Origin: an uncultured Gemmatimonadaceae bacterium
GTDB lineage: Bacteria > Gemmatimonadota > Gemmatimonadetes > Gemmatimonadales > Gemmatimonadaceae
Length of the DNA: 64,000 nucleotides
Reading direction: 5' to 3'
Assembly: GCA_963740355.1 (NCBI GenBank)
Contig: CAVUDW010000003.1
Location: 416,001-480,000, forward strand
Shown here piece by piece: positions 29,299-38,463 of this stretch. Numbering within the stretch: the first letter of the stretch is position 1; each line of letters starts with the position of its first letter. Under the pieces are notes generated by a model, which was not told the DNA's origin, ran no database searches, and saw only the letters and a program-made list of their open reading frames with translations. Position numbers and translations under genes: made by a program.

Positions 29299-30189
29299 TC
29301 AGCGCTGAGGGGAACGGTTTCGCCCGTCGCGGTACCGACGACCCGCCCCGGTGGTGAGTGACACGGCCGCGCGCGGATGCTCGAGGATCCAATCGAGCGC
29401 ACCTGAGACAACCGGGTATGACAATGTCAGCGAGTAGAGTGAGTGTCCGCTGAATGGTACACTGAAGAGACGGGCTCGCGCGCCGCCCGCCGCGAGCAGT
29501 GTCGAATCGACGACGGCGAACTTGTCGCGCTGGCCGCGAAGAATGGCGACGGCTTCATCGGCAGGGAGATCACGTACGGCATCGGCGACGCTGAAACTGC
29601 CCGGACCCTGCGGCTCGTCTGACATCGTCAGATCGCTCAGCGCAACACGGAGATGGCTGCGCGAGCCTGGCGATAGCGGCAGCACGCCGATCACGCCCGC
29701 CGGTCGCGCATACGACGCTGTCCAGAGTGCGAGTTCAGCCCCGAGCGAATGCCCGGCAATGATCACCGGCGTATCCGTTCCGCCCAGTTCGCGGCGACTC
29801 CGCTCGATCAACGGCAGGATCGCCTTCGTCCAAGCTGCCCCTCGCTGCGCATCGGAATCCGGCAGTGCGGCGAGAATCGTGGTAATGTCAACACCCGCCA
29901 CCGCCAGATGCCGATACCGTAACGCCGCCGCGAGCTCGCGGTGCGGTCCCCAGAAGCCGACGTCGTTGCCAAGAAAGAAAACGATCGCGTCCGGTGGGCG
30001 CGACCGGTCGCGCGCCGGGTACATCGCAATCGACGCCTGCCGCAGCACCGGATCACGTGCCTGCTCGGCTGCCGTCAACCCCTCACACCCGGACAGCACC
30101 GCGATCAGCGCCGTAGCGAGCATGCGGGCGCGCCCTCCGAGTTGCGCGGCCAACCGGCCACGCCACCACGCGGCTGTCTGCTGGTGCAT
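29299..30189 (-). CDS. AcvB/VirJ family hydrolase, probable lipoprotein
   Basis: Lipobox LSGC; FFLGNDVGFW; IIAGHSLGA; FSGH. Confidence 0.7.
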   Translation of the reverse strand: MHQQTAAWWRGRLAAQLGGRARMLATALIAVLSGCEGLTAAEQARDPVLRQASIAMYPARDRSRPPDAIVFFLGNDVGFWGPHRELAAALRYRHLAVAGVDITTILAALPDSDAQRGAAWTKAILPLIERSRRELGGTDTPVIIAGHSLGAELALWTASYARPAGVIGVLPLSPGSRSHLRVALSDLTMSDEPQGPGSFSVADAVRDLPADEAVAILRGQRDKFAVVDSTLLAAGGARARLFSVPFSGHSLYSLTLSYPVVSGALDWILEHPRAAVSLTTGAGRRYRDGRNRSPQR

Positions 30190-30377
30190 GTGCTTCTCCG
30201 GCGTGTAAGGGACGAGTGGCTGGCCACGTCGGGACAGACCGGGTGACCCTCCGAGTACGAAACAGCGGAGTATCGCATCGCGCGCATGACGCCACGATCA
30301 CTGGAAACGCGTGACATCTGGCACGTGCGCACGGGCACCGATGGGATGAATGCGACGACAGCGGTTGGCATACGGCG

Positions 30378-30393
30378 AGTGATGCTGCGGTGA
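30378..30393 (+). promoter_or_regulatory. AGTGA-N6-GGTGA box
   Basis: AGTGATGCTGCGGTGA, ~60 bp upstream of the 30453 start. Confidence 0.55.
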
Positions 30394-30452
30394 ACATCGG
30401 TGATGCACCTTACCGCCGCAGGTTCTTGCACCTCTCTCTCGCAGGGGGTTTC

Positions 30453-31160
30453 ATGGCTCGGTCGTTCCTTGGCGTAAACATCGCAGTCCTTGGCGTACTT
30501 GGTGTCGCAGTCGCCGGTTGCGAGCAGTCCACCGCAGCTGATCCCACGGCGCCCGTACGGTTTCAACTTGCGGCCGCCGCGAGCACGCGCGGTGTGAGCG
30601 CTGGCGTGATCACGTCGCAGGGACCGCTCGTCGTCACCGCAGTCCAATTGGTTGTGGGTCGTGCTGCGCTCGGAGACGGCACGGAGTTTGGCTGTCTCGA
30701 CTGCGATGGGAATTTCGTCGATGGGCAGCGGACGCCGACGCTCGTCAACCTCCCGGCAGGTGGCGGTGTGACCGACGTCGTCACCGAACAGGTCACCGCG
30801 GGACGGTATGGTCGGGCCGAATTGTCGCTGGAACCGACGGAAGCGGGCATGCCGCTGTTGCGCGGTGCCGCGACTGGCACAACGGTCCGCGTGTCTGGCA
30901 CCTACAATGGCGCGGCGTTTTCAATCGACCTCGCGATTGCTGGTGCGTTTCGCGGTGCGCTCGTGCCACCACTGAGCGTCGTCGCAGGTGCGACACCCGC
31001 TGCTGTGGCACTCACGCTGCGCCTTCCCGTCGATACCTGGTTCGTGGCGAACTCGCGTGTGCTCGATCCCGCGACCGCTGCCGATCGAACGTTGATCGAA
31101 GCGAATATCCGGGCGTCATTCGACGCGGCGGAGATCGAGTCCGGGTCGCGGGAGTCGTGA
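30453..31160 (+). CDS. Hypothetical lipoprotein
   Basis: Lipobox VAGC; CLDC motif; beta-rich. Confidence 0.7.
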   Translation: MARSFLGVNIAVLGVLGVAVAGCEQSTAADPTAPVRFQLAAAASTRGVSAGVITSQGPLVVTAVQLVVGRAALGDGTEFGCLDCDGNFVDGQRTPTLVNLPAGGGVTDVVTEQVTAGRYGRAELSLEPTEAGMPLLRGAATGTTVRVSGTYNGAAFSIDLAIAGAFRGALVPPLSVVAGATPAAVALTLRLPVDTWFVANSRVLDPATAADRTLIEANIRASFDAAEIESGSRES

Positions 31161-31921
31161 TGTGCACCGGGGCGGCCGAGGCGGGTCGTGTACGATTGGG
31201 CCGGCGTGCGCGACTGGGACTGGTCTTCGTCGCGTTGCTCAGCACCGTGACGGCGTGCGGAGGAAGCGTAGATCAGGCCGATGTGGACACAACGGATAGT
31301 GCGACAGACCTCATGGCCGGATTTGCCGTGCCGCGGCAGCCGCTCGCGCCTGCGGATTCAGCGCTCGTCACAACACTGGAACAACTGGCAAAGACGACGC
31401 ACGACAAGGTGACGAGTGGCGACTGGTCATGGGCCGCCCAGTCGGTCGACTCGATTGCCGCCACGCTGGCACCGCAAGATGCTACGCGGTCGGCATACCA
31501 GATTCCGCTCTTCGCCTTCGACACCGCGCTGAGCGCACTCCAGCGATCGATCGCTGCGCGCGCGCGTCTCGACGCCCTGACCGCCGCGAATCGACTCTCC
31601 CTTGCAATCATCCCATTCTTGGCCAATACCAAGCGCGCGCTACCGTGGCAGCTCAGTCTGCTCGATGTCTACGGTTCGGACATGGAGGTCGCGGCTGAGC
31701 GGAACGATATCGTAGGCCTCAAAGCGATCACGACGCTATTGCGCGATGCCTGGGCTTCACTCCGGCCGCGAATGGCGATTCACGATGGAGTCGAGGAGCG
31801 GACGGCATTCGACATGCTCGTGTCGCAACTAGCCCACGCGTCCACGGCGCAGGAGTTCACCGGCCTAGCGCGCGAAGTGCGCCGCAGCGTGAACGAAATC
31901 GAAGGGTTGTGGGCACCGTAG
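31157..31921 (+). CDS. Hypothetical helical lipoprotein
   Basis: Lipobox VTAC; overlaps the upstream stop. Confidence 0.65.
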   Translation: MMCTGAAEAGRVRLGRRARLGLVFVALLSTVTACGGSVDQADVDTTDSATDLMAGFAVPRQPLAPADSALVTTLEQLAKTTHDKVTSGDWSWAAQSVDSIAATLAPQDATRSAYQIPLFAFDTALSALQRSIAARARLDALTAANRLSLAIIPFLANTKRALPWQLSLLDVYGSDMEVAAERNDIVGLKAITTLLRDAWASLRPRMAIHDGVEERTAFDMLVSQLAHASTAQEFTGLAREVRRSVNEIEGLWAP

Positions 31922-31974
31922 TCCAAACCAGATCGACCGCTCGAGTAGCCATCACCTTCAGCGAGTAGCGTACA

Positions 31975-32563
31975 CTGCCGCCACCTGGTCGCCACGGCGC
32001 TGTTCGCGGGCGTGCTGGCGATGCTCATCTGGCGACAAATCACCGCCGAGACGTTCCAGCCAGTGCGCAACTCGGCGACAATCATCGCGTCGACGATCGC
32101 CGGCACGACGCTGGCAGATCCGGCGACGCGATCTCTCGGACTCGGCTACTGAGGCGGGTCGCTGCTGCTCTTTCGGTGCGTCGTCGCGTCGCTGACGATA
32201 TGGTGCGCGGAGCTGTTCTACTGGGTCACGATCACATTTTCGCAGACGCTCGGAACCGCGCTGGGTGACTGGACTACCGACACCGGCGGACTGGGGTATG
32301 CCGGTGCGGCCCTCGTGTTCGAGGCCGTGCTGGTGGTGATTGCAGGGCTGTACTTCTCGACATCACTGCGCCGAGTCATGCTTTTCTGGGCCGCGTTCAC
32401 CCTGACACGCCCGCTGGGAGCAGGCGTGGGCGACCTGATCGACAACCCCGGCGCGCAGGGCGGTCTGGCCTTCAATCGCCTGGTCGCCTCCGCTGTTATT
32501 GCGGCCGCAATCCTGATCCTGATCATGGCGCTTCCGCAGCGCGCGACTGTGCAGAAGCGATGA
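31975..32563 (+). pseudogene. COG4705/DUF347 membrane protein remnant
   Basis: STIAGTTLAD..RSLGLGY*GGSLLL (TGA 32150-32152), FYWVTITFSQTLGTALGD, FWAAFTLTRPLGA; no start. Confidence 0.75.
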
Positions 32564-32846
32564 GCGCCACATCTACCGGGTCGATGGAACGAACCGCCGC
32601 GCGATGACCGCTGCCACGCTGTCACCGAGCGTGTACAGCACTGCCTCCGGTGCGGCCGACGAAATTCGCATCGGCCCCGCGACGCCGATCACGCGGCCCA
32701 AGCTCGTATCGGTCACGTCCGACACGTTCTCGAAGGCAGTCCCGGCCGGGAGTATGGCACCTGTGACGGCTAGGCCGGCACCGGTCTGCGACAATGAGCC
32801 CGCGGCGCTAAACGTGGTATGCGCCGCGACAACAACGCGATCCGAT

Positions 32847-34310
32847 TCAGAAACTCTGCCCAAGGCCAAAGAACACCAACTGATCCTCCCGCGAGCGGCC
32901 GACATCCAACGAGATCATCGTGCTCTGATTCCACGCGATACGCGCGCCTGCGCCATAGGACCACCGGACACGGTCCAGATTCAACGACTGCCATCGATCT
33001 CGCACCGTCCCGGCATCCACGAATGGTGCGACGCCTAGCGCGAACCGCTGCCGGCCAACGGTGAACTCCGTGAGCCGGGCACGCACCTCGGCATTCGCAA
33101 ACCACAGCGCACGTCCGAGGAACCGGTTCGCGCGGTAGCCGCGCAGTGAGCGCGAGCCACCGAGCGCGTTCACGCTGCCGTCCGGGCTCCACTGATCCTG
33201 GAACTCGAAGAACGGCGCATTCTCGCCGAAGATGTTGCCGACGCCGACACGACCAGCCAACACCGTGCGCGGCCCGACGGCGACGCGGCGAAACGCCTTG
33301 ATCTGCGTAAACAGCTTGTTGAAGGTGAAGTCCGACCCGATGGCAGGATTCGACCACTCGTTCGCGAGCTCGAAGTACACGCCACGTGTCGGGTCCGGCT
33401 CGAAATCGCGCGTGTCATACAGCAAGGCCTGCTGCAGGAGCGACACGCGCCCGCCGTCCAGCCCGACCGCCAGCCCCTGGCTCGCATCGCGCGCCAGCAG
33501 CGAGATCCCGTTGGGCGCCTTCGACTCGGCCCCCGTCATGGGGTCGACCGCCACCGCGGAGCGACCCGCAAAAGTTCGATAGCGCAACCGCTGGATCTCG
33601 TAGCCGCCGAGCACACGCCAGCGACCCGCCCCCAGCGCGCGGTCGGCCTTGAGGTTGAGCATCAGCTCCTCCTCACCGAACCGGTTGCTCAGGGCGTCCG
33701 TCACGCGCGCGGCTTCGCCGGCGCCACCTGCGCGCAGGGTCTTCCGGGCCTTGTCGTAGTCGGCATAGGTCGCGAAGGTCTTCGCACCGCCGGACGGAAG
33801 ACGGAGATCAGCCAGCGTGGCCTCTGTCAGCCCGAAGTAGAGCTTCGCCGGTGTCGTTCCCGCCACGGCGTCGGCCTTGATGCGCCAACGCGTGCCGCGA
33901 ACGAACGGCACGTCGAGACCCACGAGCAACTCCCGCTGCTCCGCCGTCGTGTTGTAGGCGCCGATTCGCAGCTTCGCCCGATATGGGGTGTACGCAAACA
34001 GCGGCGACGTGCGCGCGCCATTCCAGATCACATTGACGCGCGCGCCGTAGCCGAAGCCTGCGACGGGGTCCGACGAGAGGTCGGGCAGGCCAGTGAGAAA
34101 CCGGCCTTCGCGCTTCTTCGCGAGATCGGCGTCGGACAAACGGCGGGCGCGGGCGAAGGGCGGCGCGGTATCGGTAGCCGCGGTTTTCGCCGCGGGTGCC
34201 TGCTGCCCCTCTGCACGGGAGGTCGTGATGGTCGCGTCGAGCGAGGCGAGGAACGCGATGGCGGCGGTCGTGGTCGACGCGGTAATCTGGCGCGGTGTGC
34301 GGAACGGCAT
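32847..34310 (-). CDS. BamA/TamA (Omp85) family outer-membrane barrel
   Basis: YDTRDFEPDPTRG, LGGSRSLRGYRANRF, FVDAG, terminal GLGQSF. Confidence 0.85.
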   Translation of the reverse strand: MPFRTPRQITASTTTAAIAFLASLDATITTSRAEGQQAPAAKTAATDTAPPFARARRLSDADLAKKREGRFLTGLPDLSSDPVAGFGYGARVNVIWNGARTSPLFAYTPYRAKLRIGAYNTTAEQRELLVGLDVPFVRGTRWRIKADAVAGTTPAKLYFGLTEATLADLRLPSGGAKTFATYADYDKARKTLRAGGAGEAARVTDALSNRFGEEELMLNLKADRALGAGRWRVLGGYEIQRLRYRTFAGRSAVAVDPMTGAESKAPNGISLLARDASQGLAVGLDGGRVSLLQQALLYDTRDFEPDPTRGVYFELANEWSNPAIGSDFTFNKLFTQIKAFRRVAVGPRTVLAGRVGVGNIFGENAPFFEFQDQWSPDGSVNALGGSRSLRGYRANRFLGRALWFANAEVRARLTEFTVGRQRFALGVAPFVDAGTVRDRWQSLNLDRVRWSYGAGARIAWNQSTMISLDVGRSREDQLVFFGLGQSF

Positions 34311-34432
34311 GCGGTGGTCGTCTCCGGGGTGTGAGCGGATGGCCGGGCATGGCCCGGTCACGACATCAGAGCCCGAGGTCCCATCCGTTCGGCACCTCGC
34401 AAGCTACCCAGACAAGTCTGGCCGGGGCTTGC

Positions 34433-34448
34433 TCACTCCAGCATCACT
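34433..34448 (-). promoter_or_regulatory. AGTGA-N6-AGTGA box upstream of the Omp85 gene
   Basis: TCACTCCAGCATCACT, which reads AGTGATGCTGGAGTGA on the gene strand. Confidence 0.6.
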
Positions 34449-34471
34449 GCCCGCGTTGTGCGCGTCGCCGA

Positions 34472-35143
34472 TCAGCGTTTGCCGTCCGGTGACACATCAC
34501 GCGATCGGCGCGATGACTCGTACAGCAACGCACAGCCCCCGGCGGCGACCACGCCGCCGCTCCACCCTGCGACGACGTCCGTCGCCCAGTGCACATCGAG
34601 GTACACGCGACTCATTCCGACCAGGACACTGAAAAGAATCGCCGCGTGCACCGCCCATCTCGCAACGAGGCCTTCGCGATACGATACGTACGCGACCGTC
34701 ACGCAAATGGCCATCGTCTGCAGCGAGTGGCCACTCGGAAAGCTGAAGCCTAGTCGGGGAAACAGCATGGCGCCGGGTGGACGCGTGCGGTGAAACCACA
34801 CCTTGAGCGCCCACGTGACGACCACCGACGACATCGACAGCACACCGGCGCGTGCCGCGCTGCTGTTCGTCCCTCGTCGCCACAGCCCGAACACCGCGAG
34901 GCATGCCACCGGACCGAGCACCAGCAACGAGCCCGCCCATGACAGCGCGGTGAAGACGGCATGCAGCCATGGTGACGGTGCCTCGCGCAGGCCGGCCTCA
35001 CGGATTGCGACGTCCAGCGCCGTGGTCTGGTGCCCAGCGACGGCCATCGCGAGCGCGGCGAACGTCGCGCACCCCGCTGCGCTCACGCCACGCAGCACCG
35101 ACCGGCGTGCCTGCCAGCTTTGCCGCGAGGCCGGAGCGCTCAA
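34472..35143 (-). CDS. PAP2 family phosphatase
   Basis: KVWFHRTRP, SFPSGH, SRVYLDVHWATDV. Confidence 0.92.
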   Translation of the reverse strand: MSAPASRQSWQARRSVLRGVSAAGCATFAALAMAVAGHQTTALDVAIREAGLREAPSPWLHAVFTALSWAGSLLVLGPVACLAVFGLWRRGTNSSAARAGVLSMSSVVVTWALKVWFHRTRPPGAMLFPRLGFSFPSGHSLQTMAICVTVAYVSYREGLVARWAVHAAILFSVLVGMSRVYLDVHWATDVVAGWSGGVVAAGGCALLYESSRRSRDVSPDGKR

Positions 35144-36663
35144 TGCGTGCCCGTGAGTGGTATCGGCAACACGACGACAAAGACGGCGCCGCACTGCGCC
35201 GTGTTGTCGAGGAACAGCGCGCCCCCATGCGCGTCGGCGATCCAGCGCGCAATGGCGAGCCCCAGCCCGGCGCCTGCAGAGCCAGTCGAATCACCGGATC
35301 CGCGAGACCGGTCGCCACGCACGAAGCGCTCGAAGAGTGTCGCCTGCAGTCCAACCACGACCCCCGGTCCGTCGTCCGCGACGACGATGCGGTAGACCTG
35401 GCGCGCGGGAACGTCACCTGCCGCCGACGGCTCGACACTCAGATGCAATCGCACGGTGCTATCCGCGGGGCTGAACTTGATCGCGTTGTCGACGACGTTC
35501 ATCAGCATGCGCGTCAGGAGTGTCGCATCGCCGTCGAACGGTGCTTCATCGGCAGTATTCGCGGCGACGGTGATACGCCTGGCACGGCCCAACAACCGTC
35601 CGGCCTTCGCCGCTTCAGCGACCAGTTCCTCGAGGTACAGCCGCTCGCGGTGCACTGGCTGTTGCGCACTGTCGGCACGCGCGAGCAGGAAGAGATCGTC
35701 CACGATCCGTGTCATGCGCCGCCCTTCACCCTGCACCGTCGCGAGGGCCTCGCGGAGCGCGTCCGGCGGAGAATCCTCAGTCTGCAACGCGACGTCCGCC
35801 GCGCTGCGGACCACCGCGATGGGCGTCCGAAGCTCATGCGACGCATCCGCCATGAAACGCCGCTGCTGCCCGAAGGACTCCTGCAGCCTGCCAAGCAGCT
35901 GGTTCAGCACGGTCCCCAATTCACCGAGTTCGTCATGGGCATTTGCGACGACGAGCCGTGCCTCGAGTCCTGCGGTACCGATCCGCTCGGCCTGTCGTGC
36001 CATCGCCAACGCCGGCGCGAGACTCTGACGCACCAGCAGGTACCCGAGGGCACCGGCCACGATGAGCGCGAAAGGAATGATCATGTACAGCCAACGCACG
36101 AACGCCGTGCTGCCCTCGGCGTCGTCCGCCAGCTGCCGCGCCACGACGAGCGTGAGTGGTGTGCCGAGGTATGCGGTGCGGAAGGCGAGGACGCGCGTCG
36201 CCGTTGGATCGGTACCGACGCTCGCGAATGCGCGTCCGCTGTCCCGCGCGGTACGACGCAGTTGTGCGACGACGGGAATGCCATCGAGCGAGCGCCCGCC
36301 GAGCGTGAACAGGCCAAGCGGGAGCGAGTCAGACCGGGACAGCACTCGTCCCGAGTCATCGAGGATGATCACGCGCCGATCCCGGTAGCGCACCTCACGC
36401 ACACCATCCTCCACCGCCACTTTCAACTCGGTCTGCTCCTCGGTGGCTTCGTGCTCCAACACTTGCACGACCAGATCAGCCGTCTCGAGCAGCGATGCAT
36501 CGATCCGTTGCGCGTGAGAGTGCTCGAGAAACCGCGACGTGACCACCACGAACAACAGCAACACGACGGCGACGGCGGTCACGTGCCAGAGGGCGAGGCG
36601 CGCACGGACCGGAAGCCGACCAAGCGCGCCCGATTGCGACGCCGTCTGCGGAGCTGTCGTCAC
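35140..36663 (-). CDS. Two-component sensor histidine kinase
   Basis: DELGELG, DASHELRTP, NVVDNAIKF, GAGLGLAIA; paralog of 27053-28609. Confidence 0.95.
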   Translation of the reverse strand: MTTAPQTASQSGALGRLPVRARLALWHVTAVAVVLLLFVVVTSRFLEHSHAQRIDASLLETADLVVQVLEHEATEEQTELKVAVEDGVREVRYRDRRVIILDDSGRVLSRSDSLPLGLFTLGGRSLDGIPVVAQLRRTARDSGRAFASVGTDPTATRVLAFRTAYLGTPLTLVVARQLADDAEGSTAFVRWLYMIIPFALIVAGALGYLLVRQSLAPALAMARQAERIGTAGLEARLVVANAHDELGELGTVLNQLLGRLQESFGQQRRFMADASHELRTPIAVVRSAADVALQTEDSPPDALREALATVQGEGRRMTRIVDDLFLLARADSAQQPVHRERLYLEELVAEAAKAGRLLGRARRITVAANTADEAPFDGDATLLTRMLMNVVDNAIKFSPADSTVRLHLSVEPSAAGDVPARQVYRIVVADDGPGVVVGLQATLFERFVRGDRSRGSGDSTGSAGAGLGLAIARWIADAHGGALFLDNTAQCGAVFVVVLPIPLTGTH

Positions 36664-37343
36664 GCGATTTCCGCGCTCGCGGTGAGGACATATCCGGCGC
36701 CACGTCGCGTGTGTATCAGCGGCGACTGGCCCGCGCGATCCACCTTGCGGCGCAGGCGATTGATGTACGACTCGATCAGGTTCGAGAACGGATCGTAGTG
36801 GTCGTCCCACACATGGTCCGAAATGTCGGCCCGCCCCACCACCCGCCCGGCATTGCGCGCCAGGTACTCGAGCAGGCTGTACTCCTTGGTGGTCAGCGAG
36901 AGTGGCATGCCCGCGCGCGTCGCGGTCTGCCCCCGCGTGTCGAGCACGAGGTCGCCTATGACGAGTTCCATCGGCAGCACGTCGCCCCGCCGGCGAAGCA
37001 GGGCGCGCAGTCGGGCGAGGAGTTCCTCGAAGTCGAACGGCTTGGTCAGGTAGTCATCCGCGCCGGCATCGAGCCCGGCAACCCGGTCGGTGACGGTGTC
37101 GCGGGCGGTGAGCATGAGCACGCGCGCGTGCGATCCACGCCGACGCAGCTCGGCACAGACGGACAGACCGTCGCGGCGTGGAAGGCCGACGTCGAGGACG
37201 ATGGCATCGTACGGAGTGACGCTCGCCTCGGTGACCGCGGCGGCGCCGTCGTGGACGTGGTCCACGGCGTAGGCCTGCGCACGAAGGCCCCGGGCGATCA
37301 GGCCGGCCAGGGTGTCATCGTCCTCAACCAGCAGGATGCGCAT
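36660..37343 (-). CDS. OmpR-family response regulator
   Basis: ILLVEDD, GADDYLTKPF, LIHTRRGAGY; paralog of 28606-29289. Confidence 0.95.
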   Translation of the reverse strand: MRILLVEDDDTLAGLIARGLRAQAYAVDHVHDGAAAVTEASVTPYDAIVLDVGLPRRDGLSVCAELRRRGSHARVLMLTARDTVTDRVAGLDAGADDYLTKPFDFEELLARLRALLRRRGDVLPMELVIGDLVLDTRGQTATRAGMPLSLTTKEYSLLEYLARNAGRVVGRADISDHVWDDHYDPFSNLIESYINRLRRKVDRAGQSPLIHTRRGAGYVLTASAEIA

Positions 37344-37376
37344 GCGAGCGGGTGGCAGGGAAGCTCGTGTTACGAC

Positions 37377-38417
37377 TCAGTGCGCCACGGTCACGAACCA
37401 CGTCCCCGTCACTGGCCCGCGCGCCGGCCGCGCCCCGGGGGTGCCAGCAGCGGGCGTGGGAGCAGGGCCGTACTCCACCGCGAACACATACGCCCGGTGA
37501 CGCGCCGGATCAACCGCAATCGTCTTCGCACCGGCGACCGTCGGCACGGAGGCCCGCACCGTGTACCGGTCCGGCGCATCTTGATGCACCACGGTAACGT
37601 TCCCTGTCCGGCCGGCGGGGATGTAGATCAACCGCTCGGCCGGATCCCACCCGAGTGCGTCAACACCCTCGCCATTCGTGATCTGCGCCACGACACGGCC
37701 CGTCGTGGCATCGACCACGACCGATGTGCCACTGCACCCCGCGAACACTCGATTCGTTCGCGTGTCGTACGCGATGCCCGTCGGCTCATCGCAGGGCGCA
37801 ATCTGCCAGGTGGTGACCACAGTCATCGTCTTCAGGTCCACAACGTCGATGGCATTCTTGTCCTCGATGTTGATGAAGACTCTGCCGTGGCCGTCCCCTG
37901 CACCACCCTCCGGCGCCACGCCACTCAGCGGGATCGTCCCGACCACGTCACCCGTCTTCGCGTTCACCGCGACCGCCGTCCCGACGGGATGACTGTGGTT
38001 GATCGAGATGATCAGGTTCGACGGCTCGTCGTACATGATGCCGTCTGCGCCATCCGTGCCGATGTGGACTTTCTTCACGACGCTCAGGTCCGACAGGTTG
38101 AACACCGTGAGCGTGCTGTCACCGGCATTCGTCGTGAACCCGTGTCCTTCCTTCGCTGCGAAGGCGATGCCGTGCACGCGCGGTGTGTCAGGAATGTCGC
38201 CCACCACCTGCCCCGTCATGCCATCCACGACCATCACGTGCGTGCCACGCGACACGAATACGCGCCCCGTCGCCGGGTCGGCCGCGAGGTAGTCCGTGCC
38301 ACCGCTGCCGCCGATGCTGTACTTCTGGGTGACGAACTGCTGCGCCACCGCTCCGTTCGCGTGCGCGAGTAACGCGAATGCAACGACCATTCCCGCAGTA
38401 CAGCGACGACCTGTCAT
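37377..38417 (-). CDS. YncE/YVTN beta-propeller protein
   Basis: Signal peptide; DYLAADPATGRVFVSRGTHV, VHGIA, CDEPTGIAYD. Confidence 0.85.
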   Translation of the reverse strand: MTGRRCTAGMVVAFALLAHANGAVAQQFVTQKYSIGGSGGTDYLAADPATGRVFVSRGTHVMVVDGMTGQVVGDIPDTPRVHGIAFAAKEGHGFTTNAGDSTLTVFNLSDLSVVKKVHIGTDGADGIMYDEPSNLIISINHSHPVGTAVAVNAKTGDVVGTIPLSGVAPEGGAGDGHGRVFINIEDKNAIDVVDLKTMTVVTTWQIAPCDEPTGIAYDTRTNRVFAGCSGTSVVVDATTGRVVAQITNGEGVDALGWDPAERLIYIPAGRTGNVTVVHQDAPDRYTVRASVPTVAGAKTIAVDPARHRAYVFAVEYGPAPTPAAGTPGARPARGPVTGTWFVTVAH

Positions 38418-38463
38418 GGAAACTCCAGATGGTTGGTGGAACGTGTGACACGCACAGGCGACA

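Noticed and set aside
32573..32845. Small CDS downstream of the Omp85 gene
   Set aside because: No clear start or recognisable motif; may be a remnant but cannot be supported.
34969..38372. Long plus-strand ORFs (609 aa, 553 aa) and similar ones such as 59575-61377 and 12083-13459
   Set aside because: Antisense shadows of well-supported genes, expected at high GC; Arg/His-rich with no motifs.
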